Shown piece by piece: positions 33,216 through 41,889 of a DNA stretch of 64,000 bases. Positions within the stretch are counted from its first letter, which is position 1, and every line of letters starts with the position of its first letter. Source of the stretch: Chloroflexota bacterium (GTDB lineage: Bacteria; Chloroflexota; UBA11872; VXOZ01); assembly GCA_963663275.1 (NCBI GenBank), contig OY760183.1:1632001-1696000 (forward strand), read 5' to 3'. Both the position numbers and the translations under genes were made by a program. A model generated the notes under the pieces. That model was not told where the DNA came from. It saw only the letters and a list, made by a program, of their open reading frames with translations, and did not search any database.

Positions 33216-34304
33216 TTACCAGACCTCGTCCGTTCTGCGCCAGACCATCTGGGGCCGGACGTTTTCCAGGGGCAGGTCGGCGATCATGCCGTAGTCCTCG
33301 CCGTGGTAGGCGGCGATGATGGCTTCCATCGACTTCTTGGATTCGACGCCGTTGGTCAGCGGCGTCTTATCGTTCACGATGCAGTCGATGAAGTGCTCGC
33401 ACTCACCGGCGAAGTTCTTGCGGGCGCTGAAGGCGTCCATCAGGTCGGCCTTGCTGGGGTCGTCTTCCAGGACGAGCGTGCCTTCCTTGTCGCCCGCCTG
33501 CCAGAGCGTCAGGCGGCGGACGCCGTCGGGATCGTAGCTCAGGATCAACTCGCCGCCTTCCAGGTAGACCGCGAAGCGCAGGTGGCAATCGCTGTGCTTC
33601 GTGCCCCAGGAGGCCACGTAGTTGCCCAGAGCGCCGCTGGCAAAGCGGTAGATGGAGACGGCGGTGTCCTCGCGGCCCAGGGTATCCTTGCGGAAGCGGT
33701 CGTCGCTCAGGCAGGTGGCTTGCACCACGTCGCCTAGGTTCCAGATCATCTGGTCGACGTAATGGCAGCCGTGGCTGAGCAGGCAGCCCATGGGAAAGGT
33801 CTTCCACGACTTGCGCCAGCCGGCCGGATTCGCCATGTTGTCTTCCGTGCGCACCTGCGCCATGTAGGGCTGGCCGTAGGCGCCGCCGGTAACTTGCTCG
33901 TTGAGTTTCTGCCAGATGGGTTGGTAGCGGGTGACGTAGGCCACCATGAGCTTGACGTTCCGCTCGTCGGCCACGCGGATCATCTCGTCGGCGTCTTCCA
34001 GCGTCGTGGCCATGACCTTCTCGGTGAGCACGTGCTTGCCGCGGTGCATGGCGGCCAGGCTCATTTCGGCGTGGAGATGGGGCGGCGTGCAGATGTCCAC
34101 GGCGTCCACCTCATCGAGAATCGACAGGTAGTCCGTCGTCCACTTGGCGCCGGTGCGCTCGGCCTCGGCCTTGGCCTTCTCTTCGTCCACGTCCACGCAG
34201 TAAGCCAACTCGCAGGCTTCGCTCATGCGGGCGTAGGCGTTGATGTGGCCGGTGCTGATGCCGCCGCAACCGATGACGGCGATGCGAATCTTGCTTTCGT
34301 TCAT
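33216..34304 (-). CDS. Gfo/Idh/MocA family oxidoreductase
   Basis: VIGCGGI, VDICTPPHLH, GKHVLTEK, GCHYVD, EDTA. Confidence 0.93.
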   Translation of the reverse strand: MNESKIRIAVIGCGGISTGHINAYARMSEACELAYCVDVDEEKAKAEAERTGAKWTTDYLSILDEVDAVDICTPPHLHAEMSLAAMHRGKHVLTEKVMATTLEDADEMIRVADERNVKLMVAYVTRYQPIWQKLNEQVTGGAYGQPYMAQVRTEDNMANPAGWRKSWKTFPMGCLLSHGCHYVDQMIWNLGDVVQATCLSDDRFRKDTLGREDTAVSIYRFASGALGNYVASWGTKHSDCHLRFAVYLEGGELILSYDPDGVRRLTLWQAGDKEGTLVLEDDPSKADLMDAFSARKNFAGECEHFIDCIVNDKTPLTNGVESKKSMEAIIAAYHGEDYGMIADLPLENVRPQMVWRRTDEVW

Positions 34305-34450
34305 GGCTGTGTGCTCCTCCTGGCGCTGTTGCCTGTTTCTATGCGTGTCATCTGAATGTCATCCGCTGACGAGCGGCGCTCCGCGGCGGGCGGGCGACGC
34401 GCTGCCTCTTTTTCCCTCTCCCCGAGGAGAGCCGACAGGGCTATGTGAGT

Positions 34451-34542
34451 GTCATTCCGAGCGGAGCGCAGCGGAGAGAGGAATCTAGAGCAAGGTCCCG
34501 CAATTCCAGCATCTCTAGATTCCTCGCTCCGCTCGGAATGAC
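34451..34542. repeat. GTCATTCC-family palindromic doublet
   Basis: GTCATTCCGAGCGGAGCGCAGCGGAGAGAGGAATCT...AGATTCCTCGCTCCGCTCGGAATGAC. Confidence 0.9.
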
Positions 34543-34610
34543 ACGTAGAGTTGGATGGAAAGTGCGTACCCCTGTCGGCCTGGGAATAGGGAACGCATGT
34601 AGTCCGTCTT

Positions 34611-34769
34611 TGCGAATTCCCCCTCACCCTAACCCTCTCCCCCGGGGAGAGGGGATGAAGGCTGCTTTCTTTGCGAGTTTCCCCTCACCCTAGCCCTCTC
34701 CCCGGGGAGAGGGAATGGAAACCGTCGCCTTTGGGAGTTCCCCCTCACCCTAACCCTCTCCCTCGGGAG
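34611..34769. repeat. Three tandem ~60-bp units of the CCCTCACCCTAACCCTCTCCC hairpin; third copy interrupted
   Basis: Units at ~34620, 34681, 34741; the missing right arm of the third copy (AGGGAGAGGGG) is at 35947-35957. Confidence 0.88.
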
Positions 34770-34786
34770 GCCTTTGCATAACTCTG

Positions 34787-35797
34787 TCATTCCGGCGAAA
34801 GCCGGAAGGTGGATTCACATTTCAAGTGCAACACCTGGTTGATGAATACTTCGGCTGGCGTTTGGAAGTCAAGACACTTGCGCGGGGTGTGGTTGTAGGC
34901 GTGGACCAGTTGCGCAAAGCGTTGTTGGCTCACCTGTGCCAGGTCGGTCTTGCGCGGCAGCCGGCGCCGCAGGCGGCCGATGGCGTTCTCGATGCCCCCT
35001 TTCTGCCAGGGCGAGTGGGTATCGCAGAAGAAGGTTTGGATGCCCAAGTCATGGAGGCGGTAATGCTGTGCGAACTCCGTGCCATTGTCGAACGTGACGG
35101 TCTGGCTGCACGCTGGGGGCAGCGCGGCGAACAGGTCGTGCAGGATAGTGGCGATCGGCGCTGCCGCCTTGCCGGGCGGTCGCGCGGCCAGCAACAGGCG
35201 CGAGTGGCGCTCGTGCAGGGTCAAGACTGCTTGACCGTAGGTGCGAAAGAGCATCAGGTCCGCCTCCCAGTGGCCGGGCGTTTGGCGGTCTGCCGCCGCC
35301 TGGGGCCGTTCTGCCAGCGGTCGGCGCTGGGCAATGAACGAGGCCGGACTGCCGCCCTTTCGCCCGCGCCAGCCCCGTTTGGACTTGGCGCGCGGCAGGT
35401 AATGCCGCCAGTTACCGTCCTTCGTGCGCGCCTGCTGCCCGTAGATGAAGCGATAGATGGTCTCGTGAGAGACGACCGGCGCGCCGTTCTCCCGCGCCAA
35501 ACGTCCGGATACCTGCTCCGGCGACCAACAATCCCGCAAGTATCCCAACACCACCTCCCGCAACTCGGCATCCCGCTCCAGCTTGCTGCCGCGCCAGCAC
35601 CGCGCCCACGCCTGATCATCGGCATACTTTGGCTCATAGCCTGCCGATTGCGATCCATTTCGTTTCACCTCCCGCGAAATCGTCGATGGCGCGCGACCCA
35701 GAGTTGCAGCGATTTGCCGGTGCGAGGTTCTCGCGGTGAGAAGTCGGGCAATTTCACACCGCTCTTCAATGGTAAGTTGTGTGTATTGTTTTCCCAT
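34787..35797 (-). CDS. IS30-family DDE transposase
   Basis: N-terminal HTH (IAATLGRAPSTISREVKRN), WSPEQ, SHETIY, WEADL, TFDNGTEF, PWQKGGIEN, PRKCL. Confidence 0.96.
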   Translation of the reverse strand: MGKQYTQLTIEERCEIARLLTARTSHRQIAATLGRAPSTISREVKRNGSQSAGYEPKYADDQAWARCWRGSKLERDAELREVVLGYLRDCWSPEQVSGRLARENGAPVVSHETIYRFIYGQQARTKDGNWRHYLPRAKSKRGWRGRKGGSPASFIAQRRPLAERPQAAADRQTPGHWEADLMLFRTYGQAVLTLHERHSRLLLAARPPGKAAAPIATILHDLFAALPPACSQTVTFDNGTEFAQHYRLHDLGIQTFFCDTHSPWQKGGIENAIGRLRRRLPRKTDLAQVSQQRFAQLVHAYNHTPRKCLDFQTPAEVFINQVLHLKCESTFRLSPE

Positions 35798-35841
35798 GGC
35801 AACACCTTAGCAAAGTGTTGCACTTCGTTTGTGAGTCTAGG
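34808..35841 (-). mobile_element. IS30-family insertion sequence (1034 bp, 3-bp target duplication GAA)
   Basis: Imperfect 27-bp IRs sharing TCACA..AAGTGCAACAC at 34808-34834 and 35815-35841; GAA at 34805-34807 and 35842-35844. Confidence 0.9.
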
Positions 35842-35982
35842 GAATCCAGAGCGGTGTCACAACTAAATAAGGCATACCGTCAAGCCATTTCATCCCAATC
35901 CCAGCCTTCCCCCTCAATGGGCAAGGGGTTATGCAAAGGTCTCCCCAGGGAGAGGGGACTAAGAGCTACGAATGCTCCAACG

Positions 35983-37341
35983 TTAGAACAGCCGGCTGAG
36001 CAGGTTGAGCGCGCACTGTTGCATGGCCGGCCCGGTGCCGACGCCGCCCAGGGATGAATAGCCGGCCCAGGTTTCGTAGCCGCCGTGCTCGGTCAGGGCC
36101 TTGTCGGTGCAGACGTAGCCGATGTAGCCGTTGGCCAGGCTCACGACGAACTGCGGCGCGGCGGGCGACTGCTCCTTGATTTCCAGGCCGAACTCCACGA
36201 AGATCTCGCCGGGCAGAGCGACAATCGCCGCCTCGCCCAGCCGCAGGGCCTGCACCGGCGCGGTGTGCGTCAGCGGCATTCGCGCCAGCCGTTGGCATTC
36301 CGCGGCGTACACGTCCGAAAGCTGATGCGGCAGCATCTGGCCGACCACCCAGCTAAACGGCCCGGAATCGTAGTCGGAGTATGTGCCGGCGGGCGCCGCC
36401 AGGATCTTCTCGGCCATGGCGAGGTCTTCTTCCGTGATGGACTTGCGCGTGAACTCGAACGTATCCACCGCCGCGTCCAGCTCGAGTTCGTCGTGCATCT
36501 CCATGAGCTGAATCTCGGTGATCAGGTGGCCGGCGAGCACGTTGGCCATTTTGATGGCCTGCTTGTGGCCGCTGGCGGTCCACTTGCGCTGGCCGCTGTA
36601 GTCATTGTTGTTGATGTCGCCGGAGGTGCCGTTCCAGAGCATGCCGACGCACTGGGGGTCGAGGTAGCGTTGCACCAGCCGGTGGAAGTGCCCGAAGTAG
36701 TCGGCGGAGATGGCCAGGCCGTTATCCGTGCCCACGTAGTGCAGCACGAAATTGGAGACGGCGGCGATTGGCCGTCCGTCCGCCCCTTCCACGTAGAGCA
36801 TGGTGACTTCAGGGTCTTTGGGATAGGTCGGTTTCACCAGGTCGGGACTGCCCGCGCCCGGGTTCATGCGCACGGTGCCGTCGCGCATGTGCCAGCGGCG
36901 GTTGAACGAGATGCGGTCCTCGTGGGCCGTGGCAAAGCCCACGCGGGCGGGTTCCAGGCGCTGGGTAGCGATTTCCACGGCGTCCGCAATCTTGCGCGGT
37001 GCCCACGCGACGTACTCCGCGTCTTCATTGGTGCCGAGCAGATCGGCGATGCCGGCCGCGGTGTGGGTGTGCGTGGCGTTGATCATGACGTTTTCGGCGG
37101 GAATGCCGCAGCGCGCGCCGATGCGCTCCTTGGCGGCGTCCGCCATGCCTTGGGGCATCACGATGAGGTCGCACGTGACGAGAGCCAGCCGCGTAGCGCC
37201 ATTGTCGATGACCAGCGCCTTGGCCAGGAGTTCGTCGTCTACGTCCGCGGCGTAGCGTGTGCGGTGGCCGCCCGGAACCTCGATGCCCAGCCACGGCGTG
37301 ATGTTCGCCGTGGCGGCGCCGGCTTGCAGTGCTGTACTCAC
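35983..37341 (-). CDS. Neutral/alkaline ceramidase N-terminal domain-like hydrolase
   Basis: AKALVI, CDLI, ATHTHTA, FNRR, NFVLH, ISADYFG, GTSGDIN, PGEIF, LANGYIGY; GTG 37341 with AAGGAG RBS. Confidence 0.85.
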   Translation of the reverse strand: MSTALQAGAATANITPWLGIEVPGGHRTRYAADVDDELLAKALVIDNGATRLALVTCDLIVMPQGMADAAKERIGARCGIPAENVMINATHTHTAAGIADLLGTNEDAEYVAWAPRKIADAVEIATQRLEPARVGFATAHEDRISFNRRWHMRDGTVRMNPGAGSPDLVKPTYPKDPEVTMLYVEGADGRPIAAVSNFVLHYVGTDNGLAISADYFGHFHRLVQRYLDPQCVGMLWNGTSGDINNNDYSGQRKWTASGHKQAIKMANVLAGHLITEIQLMEMHDELELDAAVDTFEFTRKSITEEDLAMAEKILAAPAGTYSDYDSGPFSWVVGQMLPHQLSDVYAAECQRLARMPLTHTAPVQALRLGEAAIVALPGEIFVEFGLEIKEQSPAAPQFVVSLANGYIGYVCTDKALTEHGGYETWAGYSSLGGVGTGPAMQQCALNLLSRLF

Positions 37342-37450
37342 GCGCGTCGCTCCTTGTGTACACTCATTACGCAATCATCCAGTCTCGACGCAAGTATAGC
37401 GCAGAATGATGCCGGGCGGAAGTGGGTGCGAGACCCGTGCGAGCGTGCCA

Positions 37451-37480
37451 TTGACAAGGGGCACGCGAACAACTTACGAT
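37451..37480 (+). promoter_or_regulatory. Putative sigma70-type promoter of the GPP34 gene
   Basis: TTGACA-N18-TACGAT, about 40 nt upstream of ATG 37518. Confidence 0.5.
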
Positions 37481-37517
37481 AACTGCAAACCCTACAGTGA
37501 AGTAAGGAGTGACGGAA

Positions 37518-38168
37518 ATGTTGCGATTTGCAGAAGAGATCATGCTCCTCTTGCTCGATGATGAGAGTGGAGAGTTCGCGCACATACCCGAGTGGTCGCT
37601 GCGCTATGCTCTGGCCGGCGCGGTGCTGATGGACCTTGCGTTGGAGAATAGGATCGACACCGACCCGAAGCGGCTGATGCTGCTGGATCCTACGCCCATC
37701 GGCGACGACCTGCTGGACCCGACGCTGGCCGCCATCGTGGAGTCCAAGGACGTGCACGACATTTGCCATTGGATCGAGCACACGGCTGAGAATGCCTATA
37801 CCATTCGCGACAAGGCGATGAAGCGGCTCATCACCCACGGCATCCTGGAAAGCCGCGCCGATCGTTTCCTCTGGGTCTTCCGGGCCCGGCGCTACCCGGT
37901 GATCGACGGCAAGGCGGAGCGGGAAGTGAAGCTGCGGATCATGGAAGTGCTCTTCAGCGACGTGATCCCCGACCCGCGCGACATCGTCATCATCTGCCTG
38001 GCGGACGCCTGCGGCATCTTCCGCACGCTGCTCTCCAAGCAGGAACTGAAGCACGCGGCCACGCGCATCGAGCAGGTTCGCAAGCTGGACCTGATCGGCC
38101 AGGCGGTCTCGCAGGTGGTCTGGAACATCGAGTCGTCGCTGGCGCTCTCGATGCATCCGATGGCATAG
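37518..38168 (+). CDS. GPP34 family (GOLPH3/Vps74-like) protein
   Basis: LRFAEEIMLLLLDDESG, LAGAVLMDLALENRI, PIGDDLLD, FLWVFRARRYP, PDPRD; ATG 37518 with AAGGAG RBS. Confidence 0.88.
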   Translation: MLRFAEEIMLLLLDDESGEFAHIPEWSLRYALAGAVLMDLALENRIDTDPKRLMLLDPTPIGDDLLDPTLAAIVESKDVHDICHWIEHTAENAYTIRDKAMKRLITHGILESRADRFLWVFRARRYPVIDGKAEREVKLRIMEVLFSDVIPDPRDIVIICLADACGIFRTLLSKQELKHAATRIEQVRKLDLIGQAVSQVVWNIESSLALSMHPMA

Positions 38169-38287
38169 GACTGGGATAGGGTTTGCGCCCGCGGCGGCAG
38201 GCGCGGCGGCTGTCCGCGGGCCGCTGCCGGCGGTAGCATAGAGGCCGGGGCGCGAGGACCGCGAGCGATTGATTGGGTGAAGAAAAT

Positions 38288-38329
38288 GCCCGTAACGGCG
38301 CGAAGGCGCCGTTACGGGCTGTTTTTTTT
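38288..38329 (+). terminator. Rho-independent terminator (probably bidirectional)
   Basis: 14-bp perfect stem GCCCGTAACGGCGC-gaag-GCGCCGTTACGGGC followed by a T-tract, with an A-tract on the other side; lies between convergent genes. Confidence 0.85.
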
Positions 38330-38396
38330 GCTTTGCCGGAGTGCGCGGTAGCGGGCGCACGGTCCGGGGAAACGTCCGCGACCCGGCCGCTTGGCG

Positions 38397-39233
38397 CTAG
38401 GCGCTGACCCCGTAGAAGCGCGCGGCGTTGCCGCCAAAGACGCCCGCCATGCTGTTCTCGTCCAGCAGCGGCGATAGAATTTCCGTCAAAGCGCCGATTA
38501 CGTCGTCGTAGCGCGCCGCCAGGAGGCAGACCGGCCAGTCGCTGCCAAACATCACGCGCTCCGGTCCAAAGCACGCCAGGGTATGTTCCACGTAGGGCTT
38601 CAGATCGGCGGGCGTCCAGTGGGCGTGGTCGGCCTCGGTGACCATGCCGGACAGCTTGCAGTAGACGTTTTCGTGCTGGGCAATCTCCGCCAGCAGCCCG
38701 TCCCACGGCTCGAACCGCCGCGCCGCAATCTCCGGCTTGGCGATGTGGTCGATCACGGCGCGCAGGTGCGGCACGTGTGCCAGCGCCCGCAGCACGTGCG
38801 GCATGTGCTGGGGGCGCACCAGAAAGTCGAAGGGAAAGTCGTGGGCCGCCAGCAGCCTGAGGTTCTCCAGCACGTGCGGCCGGGTTATCCAGGCGTCGTC
38901 GGCCAGGTCGTGCAGCATGGGGCGAATGCCGACGAACGCCGGTTCCTGGCGGTACTTCTCGAACAGCCTGAGAAAGTCGGGAGCGGCCATGTCGAGCCAG
39001 CCGACCACGCCGCCAACGGTCTCGTCCGCGGCGGCCAGCGAGAGCATGAAGTCCGTCTCCGCTACGGTCGGCGCGGCCTGCACGATGATCGTCTTGTCGA
39101 TGTTGTGCCGGTCCAGCGCGGGCTTCAGGTCGGCGGGCAGGTAGTCCCGGTAGAGCACGCCCATGTCCGGCGTCAGCCAGCCGTAGTCGCCCCGGCTCAG
39201 CTTCCAGTAATGCTGGTGTGAATCGATACGCAT
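38397..39233 (-). CDS. Amidohydrolase_2 family protein (L-fuconolactonase-like)
   Basis: IDSHQHYW, VQAA, IDHIAKP, CKLSG, FGSDWPV. Confidence 0.92.
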   Translation of the reverse strand: MRIDSHQHYWKLSRGDYGWLTPDMGVLYRDYLPADLKPALDRHNIDKTIIVQAAPTVAETDFMLSLAAADETVGGVVGWLDMAAPDFLRLFEKYRQEPAFVGIRPMLHDLADDAWITRPHVLENLRLLAAHDFPFDFLVRPQHMPHVLRALAHVPHLRAVIDHIAKPEIAARRFEPWDGLLAEIAQHENVYCKLSGMVTEADHAHWTPADLKPYVEHTLACFGPERVMFGSDWPVCLLAARYDDVIGALTEILSPLLDENSMAGVFGGNAARFYGVSA

Positions 39234-39293
39234 CGCAACGCTTTCAATCCCCGGCTTGCAACCGGTACGGGCAACTCACTCAGGCAAGAAACA

Positions 39294-40286
39294 CTACCAA
39301 TAGGGGTTCTTGGTGTCTACCACGTCGGCATCGGTGATGCCGGACACGCGCCGGCAGACCTGGCGGGCCCGGTACACCTGATCGTGGTCCTGGAATTCCG
39401 CGCGGATCCTGGCTACGCCGCTCTCCGGGTCAACGCCCACGGATTCGAAGCGAATGCCGAAGAGGTATGAGTCGTCTTCCAAGACCTTCGCTAGGGCGAT
39501 GCTCTTGCGAAACCACGCGGCGCGTCCGGTGATCATGCCCAGGATGTGATTGTGGGCGATGTCCCAGTACATCCCAAAGAGGATGCCCGAAAAGAACCAC
39601 ACGGGAAACACGCTCACCGCGAGCGTCCAGCCGTTTTCCACCATGGTGCCAAGCGCGGCCATGAGACCTATGGGCACGCCGATGCCGGACAGGACCTGAT
39701 GGGGCCCGAAGTAGACGGAGACAATTGGCCCCAGGACTATGCGCCAGTAGATGTCGTGATTGGCCTGAAAGCGGCGCAGGATTCCCATCAGCAATCCCAG
39801 CACGCCCGCGCCGATGACGACGGGGGAGAGGTTCAAGATGAGCGCCACTATGGTCAAAAGGCTGCTAAGCAGCAATCTCAGGCTGAGGGGGTTTGTGCCC
39901 GGCTCCCCGGACCAGATTGTGAGCACTCCCACGGCGATGACGACGAGGATGATGATCCCAGCCGTGATTTCCAGAACTTTCAGCGTGCGCAGGCGCTCCC
40001 AAAAGCCGGACAGAATTACGAGCGGCGTGAGCACGATGGCAAAGAGCAACGCGCCCGCCATGAGCGCCACCATGAAGGAATTGAGAATGGGCCACAAGAC
40101 GACCGCAAGCCCGATCGGAATGATGAACGCCATGGGCGCGAGCGCGCCGGCAATGCCGCCGGAAAGCAGCGTTACCCGCAGGCCGGCGATCATCACCAAG
40201 GTGTCCGCTACCGTGGCGGAGATGATTTCGCGGCGCGAAAGGAATCGCGTGTCGTCGGAGCCGCCTAGGGTGTTTGGCTGTGCCAT
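39294..40286 (-). CDS. Uncharacterised multi-pass membrane protein with BON-like C-terminal domain (paralog B)
   Basis: About 7 hydrophobic segments; C-terminus ..VGVDPESGVARIRAEF..QVYRARQVCRRVSGITDA; similar to the upstream gene. Confidence 0.7.
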   Translation of the reverse strand: MAQPNTLGGSDDTRFLSRREIISATVADTLVMIAGLRVTLLSGGIAGALAPMAFIIPIGLAVVLWPILNSFMVALMAGALLFAIVLTPLVILSGFWERLRTLKVLEITAGIIILVVIAVGVLTIWSGEPGTNPLSLRLLLSSLLTIVALILNLSPVVIGAGVLGLLMGILRRFQANHDIYWRIVLGPIVSVYFGPHQVLSGIGVPIGLMAALGTMVENGWTLAVSVFPVWFFSGILFGMYWDIAHNHILGMITGRAAWFRKSIALAKVLEDDSYLFGIRFESVGVDPESGVARIRAEFQDHDQVYRARQVCRRVSGITDADVVDTKNPYW

Positions 40287-41158
40287 TAGATTACCAGGGA
40301 GCGATCGACCGCAGCGGTGTATTCGTCCCAGATGTCATCGCGCATCTCCCACGGCAGCATTTCCACCTCTACCGCGCGGATGCCGACGATGCGGCGCGCG
40401 ACCTGGCGCGTCCGCTTCACCTGCTCCGGCGTTTGGAACCAGCCCTGTATCCGCGCCGTGTGCCCGTCCGCGCTCACGGCCAGATCGGCAAAGATGCAGC
40501 CGAAGAGGTCGCTATCGTTGTGCAGGACGAACGAGAGGCTGAGGGTCCGGCGGAACCAGACTTCGGAACCGACCCACGACTGCATCATGCCCTGGAACCA
40601 CCCCTGCCAGTATTGGTCGTAGACCAGGCCGGAGAGCAGCCAGGGTATCAGGAGGTAGCCGACCATGAACGGCATCTCTTTCCAAAGTGCGAGCCCGAGG
40701 AAGAGCAGCGGCACGCCGATGATGCTGAGCAACAGGCCGGGCAGGGAATCCCAGGTGGAGCGCAACGGCACGGGCAGGAGGCTGCGCTCTACGCCCCGCA
40801 GGATGAGGCGCGCTTTGGCGGTGCCCAAGAGGCCGCCCGCCAGCAGGGCCGGCCACAGCGCCATGAGCATGGAAACCCAGCCGAAGGTGTGGGAAAGGGC
40901 GAGCGAGAAGACGCCGATGAGGTTGAAGGTGAAGAGCATCACCATGATCGGCCAGATGGCGATGAGGATCATGATGACGGCAAAGAGACCGGCAAAGACG
41001 CCCGCCCCGGCGATGAAACCGGCAATGAGCGGTATGCGCCGGTCGGCGACGAGCAGCATGGTCTCATGGGGTGTGCCGGTCGCCCACTCTTCGCGCCGGA
41101 GCGCCCGCGGCCGCGTCCAGCCGCTCGGGTCCCACCAAGGCCGCTGTGTGCTGCGCAT
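40286..41158 (-). CDS. Uncharacterised multi-pass membrane protein with BON-like C-terminal domain (paralog A)
   Basis: About 4-5 hydrophobic segments; C-terminus ..LAVSADGHTARIQGWF..QVKRTRQVARRIVGIRAV; TAATG overlap with paralog B. Confidence 0.7.
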   Translation of the reverse strand: MRSTQRPWWDPSGWTRPRALRREEWATGTPHETMLLVADRRIPLIAGFIAGAGVFAGLFAVIMILIAIWPIMVMLFTFNLIGVFSLALSHTFGWVSMLMALWPALLAGGLLGTAKARLILRGVERSLLPVPLRSTWDSLPGLLLSIIGVPLLFLGLALWKEMPFMVGYLLIPWLLSGLVYDQYWQGWFQGMMQSWVGSEVWFRRTLSLSFVLHNDSDLFGCIFADLAVSADGHTARIQGWFQTPEQVKRTRQVARRIVGIRAVEVEMLPWEMRDDIWDEYTAAVDRSLVI

Positions 41159-41438
41159 GGCCTGCTCTGCCTTTCCACCGCAACTTCCAGACAGTGCGCC
41201 CTACGGCCTATGATACTACGTTGGACGCTTTGTCTGCACAACCCAGTCGGGATTGCGCGCTGGCGCTCCCCTCAGGCGGTGAGCGGCGGCAGAGGAGAAT
41301 GCCCCCTCTCTTGGGGGAGAGCGTAGACGGAAGTGCTCCCTCTCCTGGGGCTGGCACGGGTATGTAAATGTCAATTGTAAGTTGTAAAAGGCGGGGAGAT
41401 TGGGAACGCAAGGAGGAAGCGCGAGGGGCGCGTCGCCT

Positions 41439-41530
41439 GTCATTCCGAGCGCAGCGAGGAATCTAGGGATGCTAGTTTTGCGGGGCGGCGCCTTAGATTC
41501 CTCTCTCCGCTGCGCTCCGTTCGGAATGAC
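41439..41530. repeat. GTCATTCC-family palindromic doublet
   Basis: GTCATTCCGAGCGCAGCGAGGAATCT...AGATTCCTCTCTCCGCTGCGCTCCGTTCGGAATGAC. Confidence 0.9.
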
Positions 41531-41669
41531 ACGTGAAGTCGGATATTGATTGCATACCTCAATCAGGTCTCCTGGGCGAGTGGGACGGGGTTAGGGGGGG
41601 ACTCCGGCGTTGGGGTGAAAGAGCGTGATGCGTGACTGTAATGATTGCGTTCCGTCAGGAGCGCGCGGT

Positions 41670-41845
41670 GCGCAGGTTACAAACCTACGCTACCGGAGGG
41701 AAGAGGCGAGTGCGCGCGTGCGCAGGTTACAAACCTGCGCTACCGGAGGGGAAGGGGCGAGTGCGCGCGCGCAGGTTGCAAACCTGCGCTACCGGAGGGC
41801 AAGCGGCGAGTACGGTGCGCGCAGGTTGCAAACCTGCGCTACCGG
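41670..41845. repeat. Four tandem ~50-bp units, each carrying a GTAG-type palindrome
   Basis: GCGCAGGTTRCAAACCTGCGCTACCGG at 41670, 41720, 41769, 41819, with near-identical linkers. Confidence 0.9.
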
Positions 41846-41889
41846 ACGGAGGGCGGTATGGACGTTTCGCGGCGGCGGGCGGGGCAAGG

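Larger units (their letters stand above)
34765..35945. mobile_element. Putative MITE-like element (~144 bp without the IS30) with 18-bp terminal inverted repeats
   Basis: GGGAGGCCTTTGCATAAC (34765-34782) versus GTTATGCAAAGGTCTCCC (35928-35945), 17/18 match; excision restores the flanking hairpin. Confidence 0.6.

Noticed and set aside
34611-34769. Possible CRISPR array (~60-bp period hairpins)
   Set aside because: Linkers resemble each other, the unit is a dispersed repeat family, and there is no leader or cas gene.
41670-41845. Possible CRISPR array (27-bp palindromic repeat x4, ~50-bp period)
   Set aside because: Linkers are near-identical rather than unique spacers, the repeat is a dispersed GTAG palindrome found across the window, and no cas genes are present.
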